From: Lama glama
Taxonomy: Eukaryota
Assembly (NCBI GenBank): GCA_028534125.1
Contig: CM052816.1
Span: forward strand, 25,298,001-25,362,000
Direction of reading: 5' to 3'
DNA: 64,000 bases
The notes below the pieces were generated by a model. The model did not search any database. It worked only from the letters and a program-made list of their open reading frames with translations, and was not told the DNA's origin. Numbering within the stretch: position 1 is the stretch's first letter; each line of letters begins with the position of its first letter. Positions 24,415-38,900 of the stretch are shown one piece after another. The position numbers and the translations under genes were made by a program.

Positions 24415-26424
24415 GTCTGTCTTAAAGAATGGATATATAAAAAATATAAACTAATACTTGCCATATAGAAAAACTTATTATAACGAGTTGAAAATGATTT
24501 ACGTGTAGCACTCTCTCAGTGGCTCTATGAGGTAACATGGATCTGCTTTCTACATAAGCAAATGAAAATTTTACCTAATGAAAATTTTACCTTTTTAGAT
24601 TCCAAAGCCAGATAATTGAGCTAAAGCTTAGACTTCTCATAGTTCAGCATATAGTTGATCCCTCAGTGATAGTAGCTCCTCTCGGAACACTATAAAGTTG
24701 AAACTTTTTTTCTTTGAGATAGCTTTTAAGTACCAGAACCACATAATACACATTTTTAAGCATAAACTAATTACTGAGAATTAATTAAGCCCCTAATTAC
24801 TATTTGCATACTATTTAAATATATTTTCATCTGAACATAGCTTGATATATCACTAAGCTTTCAGGTTTATAAACTCAATGATTTTGTGGGCTTTGCTTCA
24901 TTTTTCTTTCTCAGGTACTTGACACTATTATCATCTAGTGTTCTTTTTTATTTTCTAAAGACTCATGTAGAGATGTTCATCTCTATCTTTAATTTAATCC
25001 TGAAGACAGGAACAAGAATACTTCTCCATGATCTTAACAGTAAGTTTACATTGACAGTAGTGGTTAAACAAGTCTATACCTTGTTTAATTTTGATAGCTG
25101 TGTGTGTCTTTTTCTGTCATTCCTCACTGGGTACCATGAAATAAGCATTCCTTGTTATTACAGTCTTGATCCTCCACACAGATATGCCCTTGTATTAAAA
25201 AGCCATGTTCGAAAGGCAGGGAAGATGCAGATGTTTTCACTTGCCCATTACTCCACATAGCAATAATATTAGCCTTTTAGCAGTATACCCACATTAGCAA
25301 TATGAGTGTGTTCTGAATCAGCGCTGAGATTTGTAGTGCCTCTAACGTGTAATGAAGTTGCATATTTTTACCATGCCTTCACTCAGGCATGTGGGTTCTA
25401 TAATTGAACTCAAGAGATTGTATTTTGGATTTACCTCTGTTCTAATAAAAATGTACACATATCAATGCTTCTGTCCCTATTTGGAGACACAATTTGATAC
25501 AGTTTGGTCATCTGTTATTGAGTGTAGATATGCTTTCATTCCTCTGTTGAAAGAATAGAGTGATGATAACTTAATTATGCAAAATAAATTACTAAATAGT
25601 AAACAGTTTATCTGCACATGGCCATTATAATAGAATTACATGATGATACGAACTACTAGTGTCAAAAACAAATATCATTGCAACACATGCTTAGAATTTT
25701 TGAGAAACATGTAATTTTAAAGTATCGGCTTAATTCTATTGTTATTACTCTTAACCAACCAAGCTTTCAAATTTATATGAATGTTCACATTTACATGAAT
25801 GTTTAAACTGTAGATTTTAGGAATGCTCAGATTAAACTCAGAAGCAGATATTTCCAAATTTTGCTCAAAACATTACTTTTATAGTTTTTTTTTTTACTGC
25901 AGTTGAATATTGTTGAATCACATCTGATGAAAAAGTAGAAATAATCAGAAAATTCATTACTCTTTTTTAAACAGCCTTTAAAGATTTGAATTAAAGTTAG
26001 ACCTTTGGTTAGGTTCAAACTGAATTTTTGTCATCTGTGTGCAGTGTAATTTCAAGGACTGTGATAATGTAAGCTAAATTTAAGTGGTTTAAAATTTTTC
26101 TTTTGCATAACTCTTCTGCCTTTATGTGGAGATGTTTATGTATATCTTTCTCTCATGTAATCAGACCACTAACTGGGGCAGCCATTATTGTAGTCTTCTA
26201 ATGAATGAAAAGAAATCAACACTAAAATGATCAAAACCATCAAATGGACATTTTCAGTTTAAGATTATTTTATAGAAAGTTTCATTTAGAAGATTATTAT
26301 AATTCATAGGATGGAATATATATTTTTTCAAAATGAAAACATAATAATCACTAAAATTTATTAATCATTTACTTCTCTAAATGTTTACTTCTATGTGTTA
26401 GTTTACTTCTCTCTGTATTAACTT

Positions 26425-26578
26425 ATTAAATTATCACAACAACCTTATAGAGAAGTCATATTATTTTCTAATTTCACAAAAGAGGAAACTGAGGCACAAG
26501 AGGCTAAATGACTGGTAAGAGGTAAAGCTGAGATTCCAACCCAGGAAGTCTGGCTCTTGATGACTAACTTATGCCATC
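26425..26578 (-). mobile_element. MIR SINE
   Basis: tcacaacaaccttat...gaggaaactgaggcacaagaggctaaatgact...gattccaacccagg. Confidence 0.85.
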
Positions 26579-28984
26579 TTCAAGAATTTATCACTGAGTC
26601 AAATAAATCTTTTAATGACAACTTTTTCATTATCTTTTCAAGAAAGTATTTCTTTTAATTAAGACTATAAAATTCATTTTGTCTTATCTGCTATTGAATT
26701 GTTTAAAAAATTATAAGCAATATCCAGAGTTTATTCTGTTTCTATAACAACACTCTTGCCTTAACTCAAAATCATTATAGTGGTTCTTTTGTTTTAAAGC
26801 CATTTTCTCAGACCACCACCAGTGTTGAAAATGTGTTTCTTCTTTTGTCCTCTGTGTTCATCCCCACTTCCTTGCCCCACACCCACCAAATAATGACAGC
26901 AGATAACCTTTAACTATTCAGCCAACTATTTTGCTCAGTTATATTTATTAAAATAACCAAATTGATTTTCTGTCTATAAGAAAAGACAGTTTGAAATCTA
27001 TATGCTTCTTGGTCAAAGGTTATGTCAATAAAATACTCAGTAAAGTGGAGATTTCAAAATCATCCAATTAATTTGATCAATAGAGAGACAAACTCAATAT
27101 ATTAAATCTTAAAGGTTTTTTCCTCTTCTAAATTACTGTCTGCAGACTACATTGATACAATTAGCCAGATAATCACCACGGCTCACTGCAACATGTGTTC
27201 ACTCCTTAGTACTGTAAACATTTGGTAGACAAGGCAGATTCCCTCAAATTGTGACTCTTCTCTACAGTTAGCAAACAGTTGTTAAGTAAAACAATTACAT
27301 GATACTTCAAGAAAATGTGTATTTTAACTGAATTGTAATGAATTACTCCGATAAACTACCTGACTTTAAGAATATGCCAGTTAATATAAATGTTCTAGAT
27401 CGCTTTAATGTTGATGTGTAATTTTAGTTTTAACATTCCCACCAAATGCAGAGATTTGCATGGGAATTTTTCACAGCACCTTTTCACCTGTTTTGAAACT
27501 TCGTCTTGTTTAAGAGCCGAATGTTGAATCAAGTTTTAAATGTCCTGAGCTTGAAGCTATAGCAGTAGCTGGGATTTGTTTCATTTCACTCTCAAGGGTT
27601 TTGAAATACTAGTCATGTTCAAGAAGTCTCCCATGTCTTGTTCCTTCTGTTTCATGATAATATCATGAGTCATTTGAGGTCATGATTTGTGCTGTGAGCA
27701 AGTGCAAATTATGTGTGATGAAGAGTCTACTGTTGTTCTATTAAGTTACCTTTTCTTAGGGAAAATAATTTTCATTCAAAATAGAGAAGACATTAACTCA
27801 CTTGGTTTAAGCCACAAGCTTTTATGACATTCAGTGTCAGAAAAAAGATTTGGTCATTAATGCAACATTTTGGACTCTTTGGGGCTCAATTTTAAAAAAT
27901 ATCAATTCATCTGTGTATGAACGTATCAGTTTATGAAAAATACTAAATGGCATGGAATGATTATACTCAGAAATCTAAAAAGAAGCAGTAAAATAGTGAA
28001 GCAAGTACTTTTTTGCATGAATTCATGACACTGTATGATTATTTCACACATTAAGCTAATGTGTAACTGTTAAAAGAGTTGACCCATTTCAAGAAAATGA
28101 GAAATGTAAGTAAATCCAGTATGAACTTTCTGGACCTATTAAATGTGCTGACTAGCTTTGGATGCCTTCCTAATTACTTCTTAATGTTTTGCACAAGTCA
28201 TCACAACCTGCTAGTACATCTGTTGAGCCTGTTATTTCACATGTATATAAGGACACAGAGGGAATACATAGATCTTATGGTACTGTGTATCCTTTAATAC
28301 CAAGTCATTTATTTACCTGTAGAACTACTGGAATTTGTGAAGCACACGTGGTTTTTCAAAAACATTTTGGACTGATTTTTAGCATGTTTTGTGTTTCTTT
28401 ATTTCTGCTTTGTGCCAGAATTATGTCCAAAAATATCATATGAATCTTCCATCTGTTCTCATTTAAACTTAAAGCAATTTTCTTTAAGGGTACTTAGACC
28501 ACATTAAGTCATATCAATATCTTGTTTTCTAATTTTTAAAATGCCCATCTCATACGTATGTAGAAACGAGTGTATAACTGGTCTAGCTGGTAGGTACTAA
28601 GCAAAGAGAACTTTTTAAACCATGATCTAAGAAAGAAATAGCGATTTTCTAAGTTATCTTACCCCAAGATAAGATTCAAAATTAACTTGATAACTAGGAA
28701 AATATCTTTTAATAACAAACATATTCCATTTTACTTTTGGCCTGGTTTTAGTGCTAAAATAATGCTATCTGGAATAAATAAAATTTGGGGAGAAAACGAA
28801 AGAAAAGGTTTTTTTCTTTTTAAAATATTTCTTAACATTAAAAATAATGAACTAGAAGTGTTCCATTTTTCAAAATGTTACCCAAAATACTGAATTAAGG
28901 GAAAAGTACAAAAGAAAGTGAGATTTATAATTCAATGTAAAATACCAGGTTTACTACTAGCATTTGTAACAGGCATTGTTGGAA

Positions 28985-29500
28985 TATAGGTCAGGGACCA
29001 AGCAGAAAGATAGATACCATACTAGGTATTACAAATAGAGAACATTTAATAGAATTAGTTACAAAAGTGTTGGAAGTCTGAAAGAACAAAGAGGGAAAGC
29101 TGATATAAAGAGGTCAATAATGTAGAAAACAGTCAGCATCTTTTGGACTTGGAGAACTAAATGAAAGTGATGATACTAGAAAGTAGAAGACTGAAGTAGA
29201 AGTCCTATGGATTGGGGCTTGGAACACTGAGAGTGGCATCCATGGCTACTGCTCAGACCACTGAGGGGAGTGCTTACAGCTCCAATGTAGACCTCTAGGA
29301 TGCCTTATGAGGGATGCTCAGTGTAGTGGAGACAGCATGTGAGGGCTCGCCAGGTGTTTGGAAGGCACAGAGTAGGGTGACTAGGGAGAAGCATGACAGC
29401 TGGTGCTCACACCACTGAGGCATGCCAGATAGTGCTAGAAGCTGATGCCTTCTCTGTCTGCTGCTCCCAGAGGCATACAGAACCAAGTGCAAAATGGGTG
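28985..29500 (-). mobile_element. Old ERVL LTR fragment (LTR79/LTR41-like)
   Basis: gtcagggaccaagcagaaagatagataccatactaggtatt...atttaatagaattagttaca; subfamily uncertain. Confidence 0.55.
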
Positions 29501-29544
29501 TGGGGCCACTGTCTTTTTCACCTTCTATCAAATAACATTCCAGT

Positions 29545-30755
29545 TCTGATTACTCCTTCCTCCCATCCACTGGCAACCACTGATCTACTTTCTATTTCTG
29601 TGAGTTTGCCTAGTCTGAATAGTCCATAAAAATGGAATTAATGATATATGGCCTTCTATCATACTTTCTTTCACTTAGCATAAAGTTTGGAAGATTTGCC
29701 TGTATTGTAGTATGTATTAATACTTCATTCATTTTTATAAATGAATAATATTCCTGTGTATGATTCTATCATATATTGTTTATCTGTTCATTAGGTGATG
29801 GACAATTAGATTATTTCCACCTTTTGGCTTTTATGAATAGTGTTGCTTTGAACATTCATATACAAGTTTTTGGGTGAACATAAGTGTTTAATTCTCTTGG
29901 CTATATATCTAGTAGAATTGCTGAATCTTGTGGTAGCACCATGTTTAACTTTTTAAAGAACTGCCAAAATGTTTTCCAAAAGCAGCTTTGCTATTTTACA
30001 TTTCCAGCAGCAGTGTTTGAGGGTTTCAGTTTTTCCACATCCTCATCAACATCTGTTATTGTCTGTCTTTTTATTATAGCCTTCCTAGCGGGAATGAAGT
30101 GATGTCTTACTGTGGTTTTGATTTGTATTTATCCAGTGACTAATGATTTTGAATACATTTTAATGGGCTTATTTATTATTTGTATATCTTTTTTGTATAA
30201 ATAGCCATTCAGATCCTTTGTTCATTTTTAATTGCATTGTGTTTTTATTATTGAATTTGGAAACTTTTATGTATTCTGGATACTAGACCTTTATCAGATG
30301 TATGGTTTGCAAATACTTTTTCCCATTATGTGAGTTGTCTTTTCACTTTCTTAATTGTGTCTTTTGAAGAACAAAAGTTTTGTGATTAAGTCCAGTTTAT
30401 GGCTTTTCTCTTTGGTTGCTTGTGCTTCAGGTGTCAGAGCTAAGAAATCGTTACCTAATCTAAGTTTGCAAAATTTTCTGCTAATATTTATATAGTTTCA
30501 GTTCCTGTACTTAGATCTTTGATCTATTTTGAGTAAATTTTTGTGGATAGTGTCAGTAGGGGTCCAGCTTCATTCTTTTGCATGTGGGTGTTCATTTGTT
30601 TGGTACTATTTATTGAAAGGCCTATTTCCTCTCTCCATTGAATGTCTTGCCACCTTTCTCAAAATTATTCAACAGTTGATGTATGCAGGTATTTTTTTTT
30701 TCTGAACTCTCAATTTTATTCCATTGATCTATCTATCGTTATGCCAGTGCTACTT
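29545..30755 (-). mobile_element. L1MB-type fragment (3'UTR plus end of ORF2)
   Basis: ggcaaccactgatctactttct...ttttccacatcctcatcaaca...gtggttttgatttgtattt...ttccattgatctat. Confidence 0.9.
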
Positions 30756-30794
30756 TTTAGTTAAATTTTTTTAAGTCTTTATATTTTTCAACTG

Positions 30795-31000
30795 TATATT
30801 GAAGTTTATAGAGATAAAATAATGTGATATCTAGGTTTTAATTCAAAATAACTCAAAGGTGAAGGTGAGAGGAATGGATAGGTGTTCAAGCTAAATAAGA
30901 TTGGACATATGTTGGTAATTGTTGAACCTGGGTGATGTTATGCACAGAGGTTCTTTACATATTCTAATTTTTATTTTGTTATATTTTTAACAAAAATATA
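30795..31000 (+). mobile_element. L1MC/ME 3'UTR fragment
   Basis: aagattggacatatgttggtaattgttgaacctgggtgatg. Confidence 0.7.
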
Positions 31001-32499
31001 AATAACAAATATATAGCAAAGACACAAAAATGACAAAAATAACAAAAAATGAACAAGTTATCCACTACCGTCACCTTATCCACTACCGTCACCACCGTAT
31101 TACAGCTATGGAAGAATTAGGGAAATAACTTGGGTTTACTTTTCCCATGTGGAAATACTTTCCCAGTGTATCTCAGGAAATGTATATTTTTTTCTACTTC
31201 TAAATTCTGAGAAAAAGTAGTCAAAAATGAAGAAAACAGAGGAAAAGCATTACAATTCTCCTGTAAGTACTTAACAATCAACATAGAGACATTACTGGTT
31301 GGAAGAAATTGCTAATGTCCAGTTGAAAGCAAGAGCAGGAAATGCTGACATTGAAGAGAGGGGTTAAGGTTGACCTTTTCAGGAACCAGAACAGGAACAC
31401 ATTGGAGAGAAGTTATTCTGATCTAATTTGTCTTACTTATGGTTGTTGTCATATTGTAAGTATGTTCCTGACCCTGACTGCTGCTAACAGTGAGTCATTT
31501 TTGCAAATATATAAATATTAGATTATTTACATAGCATAGTTTATACAAATCCTGTAAGTGATGTTCTAAGAAATATAAGTTTTGGAACCAGAATACGTCC
31601 TTCAGTTATAAATTTTAACATGCCATTCTTCATATTGCTGTCAACCTTGCTGGTGGATCTGAATGTTGTGTTATTCAAATGCCTCTCAATAATGGTCCCT
31701 GGCATTTCCCAAGGATTGGATATGTGCTGAACAGAAGAAATTCAGATTGAAGATACTCTTGTGAAATATTCCAACAGGAATTCAGAAACTGACCTAAAAT
31801 CTGTACTGACTAGAGCAATATTGATTTTAATGATAAAATCCAAATCAAAGCAAGCAAACATTTTCATTTAAAAGAAAATGAGATTTAGGGGAGCAGTAGG
31901 CATCCTAATGCTTAACTTAAGCGTGTAGACAGGTTTGTGCAACTTGATCAACATTGTTGAAAAATAAATAACATTTTTCTGGACTGGAGTATCTTGTCAT
32001 AAGAAGATCAAGATTATGTAATAGGCCAATTAATGTTTTGTGAATTTCAAAATTTCATGTTAAGAAAGATTGTTTCTAATTATTAAATATGTGTGGCATT
32101 TATCTTTCAATTATTTAAATGATTTTTATATGTCATTTATTTAATCTGAATGTTGTTTTCTTTAATATTTTCTATCACAATTTGCTCGTATCAGTTAAAG
32201 ATGAGTTTTACATGGTTTTGAAAGATACAATCCTGTTAAAGCCATACATTTATTATTATAACATTTTTTACATAAAATCTTTGAAGGCATAGTATAATAA
32301 TGGTTTATATTTTGTTAATATCACAAAAAATGTTGTGAAAAATAGAGGAAAACTTGTGATTCCAAGACTGCCTGAGAATTTCTAGGAATTCTGGTTTCTC
32401 ATTACAGAATCCTGAAATGGTTGTCTGCCAGGAATTTGGAAAAACTACCTAAATTCTATTTCGAGAGTAAAGAGCTATTGCGTGAAGATTAGCAACATG

Positions 32500-33095
32500 G
32501 CATTGTTGACTTATTGTGAGTCCAGAGGGACAGTGACCTAAAGCTAAGAAGCTTTAAAAATGACCAGTGATCATTCAAACTGAGTTCATAGAACCATTTC
32601 TCAGAGAAATCCAGAAACGCAGTGATGGATACTTGCTAAAAGAATGGACTTCCTGTATTTCATGGAATGGGAGCTCAAAATAGTATTGGTCATTATAGGG
32701 AGGGTGACTCCTTAAGGATAGATTAGTCAGGGACATCTGAGATTTGGAAAGAATTTAAACTCTAAAACTAAGAATTCAGTGAAACTCAGAAGTCCAGCCT
32801 ACAAAAGAGAGAAACTCAATTACTATTATCTAGGAAGTGTTCTGAACAGCTGTTCTTGACTACCATGTTAAGTCTGATAGAAGGAAATGGAAGTGGTTTC
32901 AAATGGACATAAGAAATCACTGTTTAAAGGCCAGGATGATAAACAGCAAGTTAATTGTAGAATCTCCAGTTCTAGAGATGGTTACGAAAACATTGAAAAG
33001 TACTTATTTTAAGTAGTGAAATCCATCTGTCTGAAGTAGGGAGGTTGGACTCTTCGTGTTCTTCCAAAGTTCTTCCAAAGAATAATAATTCTATG
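32500..33095 (+). mobile_element. CR1/L3 LINE 3' fragment
   Basis: gaagtccagcctacaaaagagagaaact...tctgtctgaagtagggaggttggact...cttccaaag...attctatg (CR1-type terminus). Confidence 0.55.
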
Positions 33096-35064
33096 TACCT
33101 TCCTAAGAATCAGATTTGAGGTTTTATTTACTTTAGGCTACAGGCCTTACTGAACTATAGATCTTTTTCACTGTTCTGTGATCAAATAAGAAGTAAATCT
33201 ATACAGTTAAATATAAACTATCTTGAAATTTAAATCACAAGAAATGTTGAACTTAGTTAAGAGTTTATTTTTCTTTCTTCTCTTAGGGCATTAATGGTGA
33301 AGGGTTGGGGGAGGGTGATATGTGTGGGTGTGTGTAGGCAATGTAGAATGCAGGGAACAGATGTTGTTATATGTTTATGTCACCAGCCCACTATTAGATA
33401 AATTCTTGCTGAAAAACATGAATCCATACTTTGGAAACATGAAAGATTTAATATCCCTTCCAAGAGAGCAGTTCTTTCCCTATTAGCCGAGATGATGAAG
33501 CTCAGTGAACATTTCACAGATACAGCTGACATTTCACAAATTGAAAACAAGCACAGACAAGCTATTTTATTTTCAAATGATTTTCAGAGTCAAAAGAGAA
33601 TGCTGTACCCACAAATATGCTTACTTGAAAAACGAAAACATTTCCTTTCCTTTTTCACACAAAAAGTTTTGACAGTTGAATTGAGGTGAATTGACTTCGG
33701 CAATTTTTGTTTGGATTTTAATTCTTCCTGTTCTTTCACAGAGAAACTTAAAGATCAGTTAAGTATATTATACTATGTTGAAATTGTATAGCATTTAACT
33801 AAAAACCCAAAAGCAATAATGCTTTTCAAGAATGGAAAAGAGGTATAATAGTCCATTAGAAGTGGATTATTTGTATCATTAAGGGGAATCATTACGTGCT
33901 TTTGAATGAGAAAACACACTGAAGAAACAGAATTTGATGGTGAACGAACATTTGGTTAATAGTTATGCAGCATACATTCAAGAAGAAATAAAGATATGTG
34001 TATGTGACTAATAGACAAAAGAATTTGCAACACAAGTTGCATATACCATTAAAACACAATTATTCCTGGAAAACCCATAAGATTTTGCATCATGTCATAT
34101 CATCATGTTAATACACATTTTTCAATGATACCAATTTTGAAATATAATATGCCATTTCCTCTCCTATTAAAAAGTTGAATTGCTGCCACTGAAGGATTTA
34201 TACACCTGCCAGATGCTGCACAATTCTTCAGTCAAAATACAAGTATCTCAATCACAACCCATATGTACTCCTTCAGTATTATGAACTGTGATTTCATCTC
34301 CATTCTCAGCCAACCATGAAACTTGAAACATAGCCTGCCAGTTACATGGAAATATACAAAATTGTATGGGGTTGAAGACTGCTGGCAGAGTTAGGTGTGG
34401 GTGTATGGAACACATCCTTTCAGACACATAGACATAAATACCATTTGCACTCTTCTTTTTTTTCCCTTTAATCATTGAATTAGGCAACAGCCAAAATACT
34501 CAAGAACTAGTCTTAAATAAGGAATACTAGGAAGGCATGGAGGAAGAACTACATACAGATGAAAATATTCCATAAAAATGAGATTACAGGTCATTTCTTT
34601 CCAGATTGAAAAATTAACATTCTTATGCTAAAACTCTTGGTAAGAGCTTATTGGGGGCAGAAAAAAATATTTCCCTTTAGATAGTCTCCAAAAGGAAATA
34701 ACTAAATTAGCTTACCATCTTAATCTTTTCAGTATTGTCTTAGAAGCCCCAGAGGGAGATTCCGACATGCACACGTGCATGTGTACACAAATGAGTGCGA
34801 TGAGCTGAGAAGGCACAGATCTGCACTGTCAGATAAACATCTTTGTAATTTTTATTTGTACCCTGGATTTGCGTGTTACAAAGAGACCATCTTTTCCAGA
34901 TTACTAAATTTTTTACTTAGCAGGTTCCAAATTTTATCATATGTTCTAGTATTTTACAGCATCTGAACACTAAGCCTCCAGAAACCCTTTTCAGCCTCTA
35001 ATTTGTGACATCTAATCTGCTGTGATTTGGGAAATCATATAATGCATCTCGGTGTAATTGTGTC

Positions 35065-35200
35065 CAGTATCAGATAGGTCTGGAGGCGGGCCTAGAACTC
35101 TGACAGTTCCTTGTGTGACCCTGAATGATCACTTACACTCTGAATTTCAGTGTTCTCTTCTGTAATATTTCACAGCGGGCTCCAAGGTCTCTAAGCTCCT
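35065..35200 (+). mobile_element. MIR/MIR3 fragment
   Basis: tgtgtgaccctgaatgatcacttacactctgaatttcagtgttctcttctgtaa. Confidence 0.6.
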
Positions 35201-35807
35201 TGACAGATCTGTGACTTGTTTGGGTTCTCCAAGGCAATTTTGTTGTTATTTCTGATTCCTATTTCTTTTCTAAGTTTGCTGAATAAGTGACCTCCTTTTG
35301 AAGTATTACTGTATTTACCCTCTTGATTATTTAGTGGCAAGAGCTTTCCTAAGAATTCAAGTAGAAAATGAAGCTTTGCAAATAGATCATATAAGCCACC
35401 CTTTTGTAGCATTTTAAAACGTTCCGTATGAGTGGACGCTAAGGTTTACAACTACATGTATTTTTATTGCCCCAGCAAGTCATATTAAATAACCAATGAA
35501 CTTTTGATGTTTGGATGAAGGAATGAACATGTGATTGAGTAGGTTGGATGGTGTCATGTATCAGTCAGAGAATATGGTTTACGTTTTAACAGCTTTCCAT
35601 CATTCTTCGTTTGTTTTTATTTTTAGTTTAGTTTACAAACAAAAGTGTACGTTGCCCCTTCTTTCCAAGTTTAAATAGAGTTTTCCAGTCTCTATGGACA
35701 GAGAATAATTCTTTTGATAGAAGTTATCCTGTGTTCACTTACTTGTTAATTGGCTTTTCCTAAATCTCTCATAACTGAGATACAGCCATTCTGTTTGTTT
35801 GTTTCCG

Positions 35808-35818
35808 TCTTTCTTTCC

Positions 35819-35865
<47 letters not shown>

Positions 35866-35867
35866 TT

Positions 35868-35926
<59 letters not shown>

Positions 35927-35929
35927 CTT
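35808..35929. repeat. Compound (CT)n(CTTT)n microsatellite, ~120-nt pure pyrimidine tract
   Basis: Read directly. Confidence 0.98.
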
Positions 35930-38900
35930 ATCTATCTATTGTGTATCTTTATACAGATACTGGGGATATATTTATACACATTATAGGAGGTGTATATACA
36001 TATACATCTATATGTATGTATATGAATGAGGAAATGACTAACAATGATTAGTGGTTTATTAAAAGGATTATTTTTTATTAAGTAGCTGTGTGTAATGAAC
36101 CTAATTTCTTTCTTTTTACAACTTCCCCTTCTATTACAGGCTGTTAAGCTCAGAGCCTAGATCGGCTATACAGCAGACTCAGTAACAGTAAATGAAGTGC
36201 TGTGAGCTTACATCAGACTAATTAGTCTAAAGGATAAAAAAAAAGGATGGAGGAAGGGTTTGGGAGGACATTTCAGGTTGCTTTGTGAAAGGCAGTTTGC
36301 TTAATTAAGCCAACCACTAATTGTTAAATATTTTTGAGGCATTAACAGAGCTACTCTGAGTGTAATTAAATTTTGATTTTAGTGGTATTTGCAGGGATTA
36401 GTCACAATCTGCTGAGGCACTGGGGTTAGTTAATATTCACTTCACTGCCACAGCTGTCCTCCATTATAATACAAAGGACAGGAAAAGAGACAGCAGAATG
36501 TGGGTGAAGTAATGAGAAAGCTATTCATTCATCTCAACCAGCTCGTCACTCCACAGCCTTGTACACATGGGTCTGAGCTGGATGACACACAATCAGGCAT
36601 TAAATCCGATTTAATTTGATACAATAAAGGGATGTCTAAGCCCTGTGCATTTTTATTTTTATACATGAGACTACGGAATGGATTAAAAAAAAAGATAATC
36701 ATATGATTATCATACATTTCCATCCAAGTGGAATTTCTGGACTTATTAGCTCTACAGGAGTCCACCAGGATTGTAAACCCATTCCTGCTAAGCCATTATT
36801 TGTCCCAACTGAGCATGAATGAACCCTGTGGAAAGTGGTAGTGACTTTAAATCCCTAGTAAATTTAAACTGGCAGGATCAATGTTTTGAGGGGTATTTTT
36901 TGTTTTGGGGTTGGGTTTTTTTTTTTTTTTTGAACCAAGACTGTCCCCTGTCCCCACCCTCCCCCAAGCAAAAAAAAAAAATTCTTCAAATGGATGAAGC
37001 TTTGCATCCTGTGACTGATAAGGAACATTCCTACTGCTAACTCATAACATTGCTGGGGATTTTGTGTTGTTTTGTTCTTTTAATTCAATAACTTTATGCA
37101 ATGTCTTCTAGTTATTACATACTCTGAAAAGAGGGCAGGCATAGAAAAAAATCATCTTGTACTCCCTTCCAACACCATCTCCCCAACACCATCTCCCAAA
37201 ATAGGAGTCTAACCTAGAATTTACTCCCTTTTGTTTCCAGTCATTACATTGGCTATTGATGGTAGTTTTCAGGATGATCTACAGTCCAGGATCCCTGCAT
37301 CAGTGATACTAGGTTCCCAGTGTGTGCAAAACAGCAGCTTTGAAACTAGCTTTTCAATACAAGCTAGGGCTAGAGGTATTAGTGTGATGAATCTGGTCAA
37401 TTGTATTCTGTATTGGCAAACATCATTTTTAAAAAAGAACCAAAATCTGGAGTACCCCTAGTGTTTACCTTGATACTTGACATTAGAATAAAGAAGGAGA
37501 GTGAGAAGAAGAGAAAGGGAGGGGATCACTCCAGCAAAATTCTATCTCAATTTGACTGCAGCATTTCTGTTCATACTCAGACAAGTTCAGGGACCAAGTG
37601 ATTTGTATTAGTCTTGAGATCTCTTGTGTAATCTAGTTGAATTACTATATAGTGAATCCTGCATTTGACCTTGTTCTGTAACAAAAGTTACTGTCTGACT
37701 GCTTCTATAGGCAAAGAGAAGTAGAGAAATGATGAGTGGATTCTATAGGGTAATCACCTTGAATTTCAGTTAATATTAATATTAGCATAATTTAATTCTA
37801 GTGTTAAGATGACTTTGGCCCAAAGGACTAGGTTTCTTTTCTAAGAGTCTTTAATTTTTCACTTCCCGTGAAGCCCACCCAGCAGCTGGGAAGCGATTTC
37901 TATTGGGTAAGCCAATGCTTCCTACTTAAGTGAGTCCAGTGCAGTACTTCGGGAAGAAATTTAAGAGCAACAAACATTAACTATGCAGCCCAAATATGTT
38001 ACATAAATGTCTCATGATATCCCAATCTCTTGGGTGTCTTGTTACCTCTAAGTGACTAGAGGTAACAGAAAGCATTCTTGTCCTATGCAGTTATCCCCAT
38101 GGCTGCTCTCTGCAGTGTGGCCTTTTCTCCTCCTACCCTCAGGTTTGGGACCCTCTCCTGGTGCCTCAGTAGTAGCCCATCTGATAACTTCTGCTTGCTG
38201 CCCTTCGCTTACTTTCTTAGATAGCTGCAGTATTTCCTTTCAGACTTTCCATCTTAGCAAAGGAATGCAGCTCTTTTTTTTCTCCTATATCGTGGCTATT
38301 TTAGTAAATAAATAAATAAACAAACAGAAGCCCACTCCCAGGCAGAGCATGTTTCTCTTTGTCGCTAACCACATGTACGAGTAAGCACACACAATCTCGG
38401 ATGAAACTGTTATTTTCTCCATCACTTCAGTTGCAACCCATGAAGCCCTTCTCTCTATCTTTGCCTTAGGTGGATAGAATACACATTCTTCTTTGCTTTG
38501 GGGTAACTTACCCTCAATATAGTATCCAAATAAGGATTTAAGCATGAGAAACAAAATCTCCAGTGATTCCCATTTATAATACTAATAATTTTTACTATAA
38601 CTCTCCCGTAGGTACATGGATAAAATCTACAATCCACCATTGTTTAGAGCACAGTGCTTTTGTCTCAAGGTAGAAATCCTAGTTGGGTCATGCTAATTTA
38701 CCCCACAATTCTCTTTCATAATTCCTTGCAAAGAACAACTATGGGCAGTTTTAGAATGGTTGTTCAAGAATGGGGTATCCCATTACTTTGAAAAACACCA
38801 AGCTAAGTAAGCTACCCACACTGCACAGGTAGGAGCCATTTTTATGATGGCAAAGAATCATACTTCATTTAAACTGAGGTACCTATTCACAGACATGATT

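Noticed and set aside
31620..31795. Exon-like minus-strand segment after attttAG
   Set aside because: The frames I read stop early and there is no good donor.
33492..33689. 65-aa ATG ORF (MMKLSEHFTD...)
   Set aside because: Protein-like composition, but I recognise no homologue and see no promoter or splice support; it would need PhyloCSF or Ribo-seq.
35750..36029. Phe/Leu/Ser-rich ORFs
   Set aside because: Translation of the (CTTT)n microsatellite.
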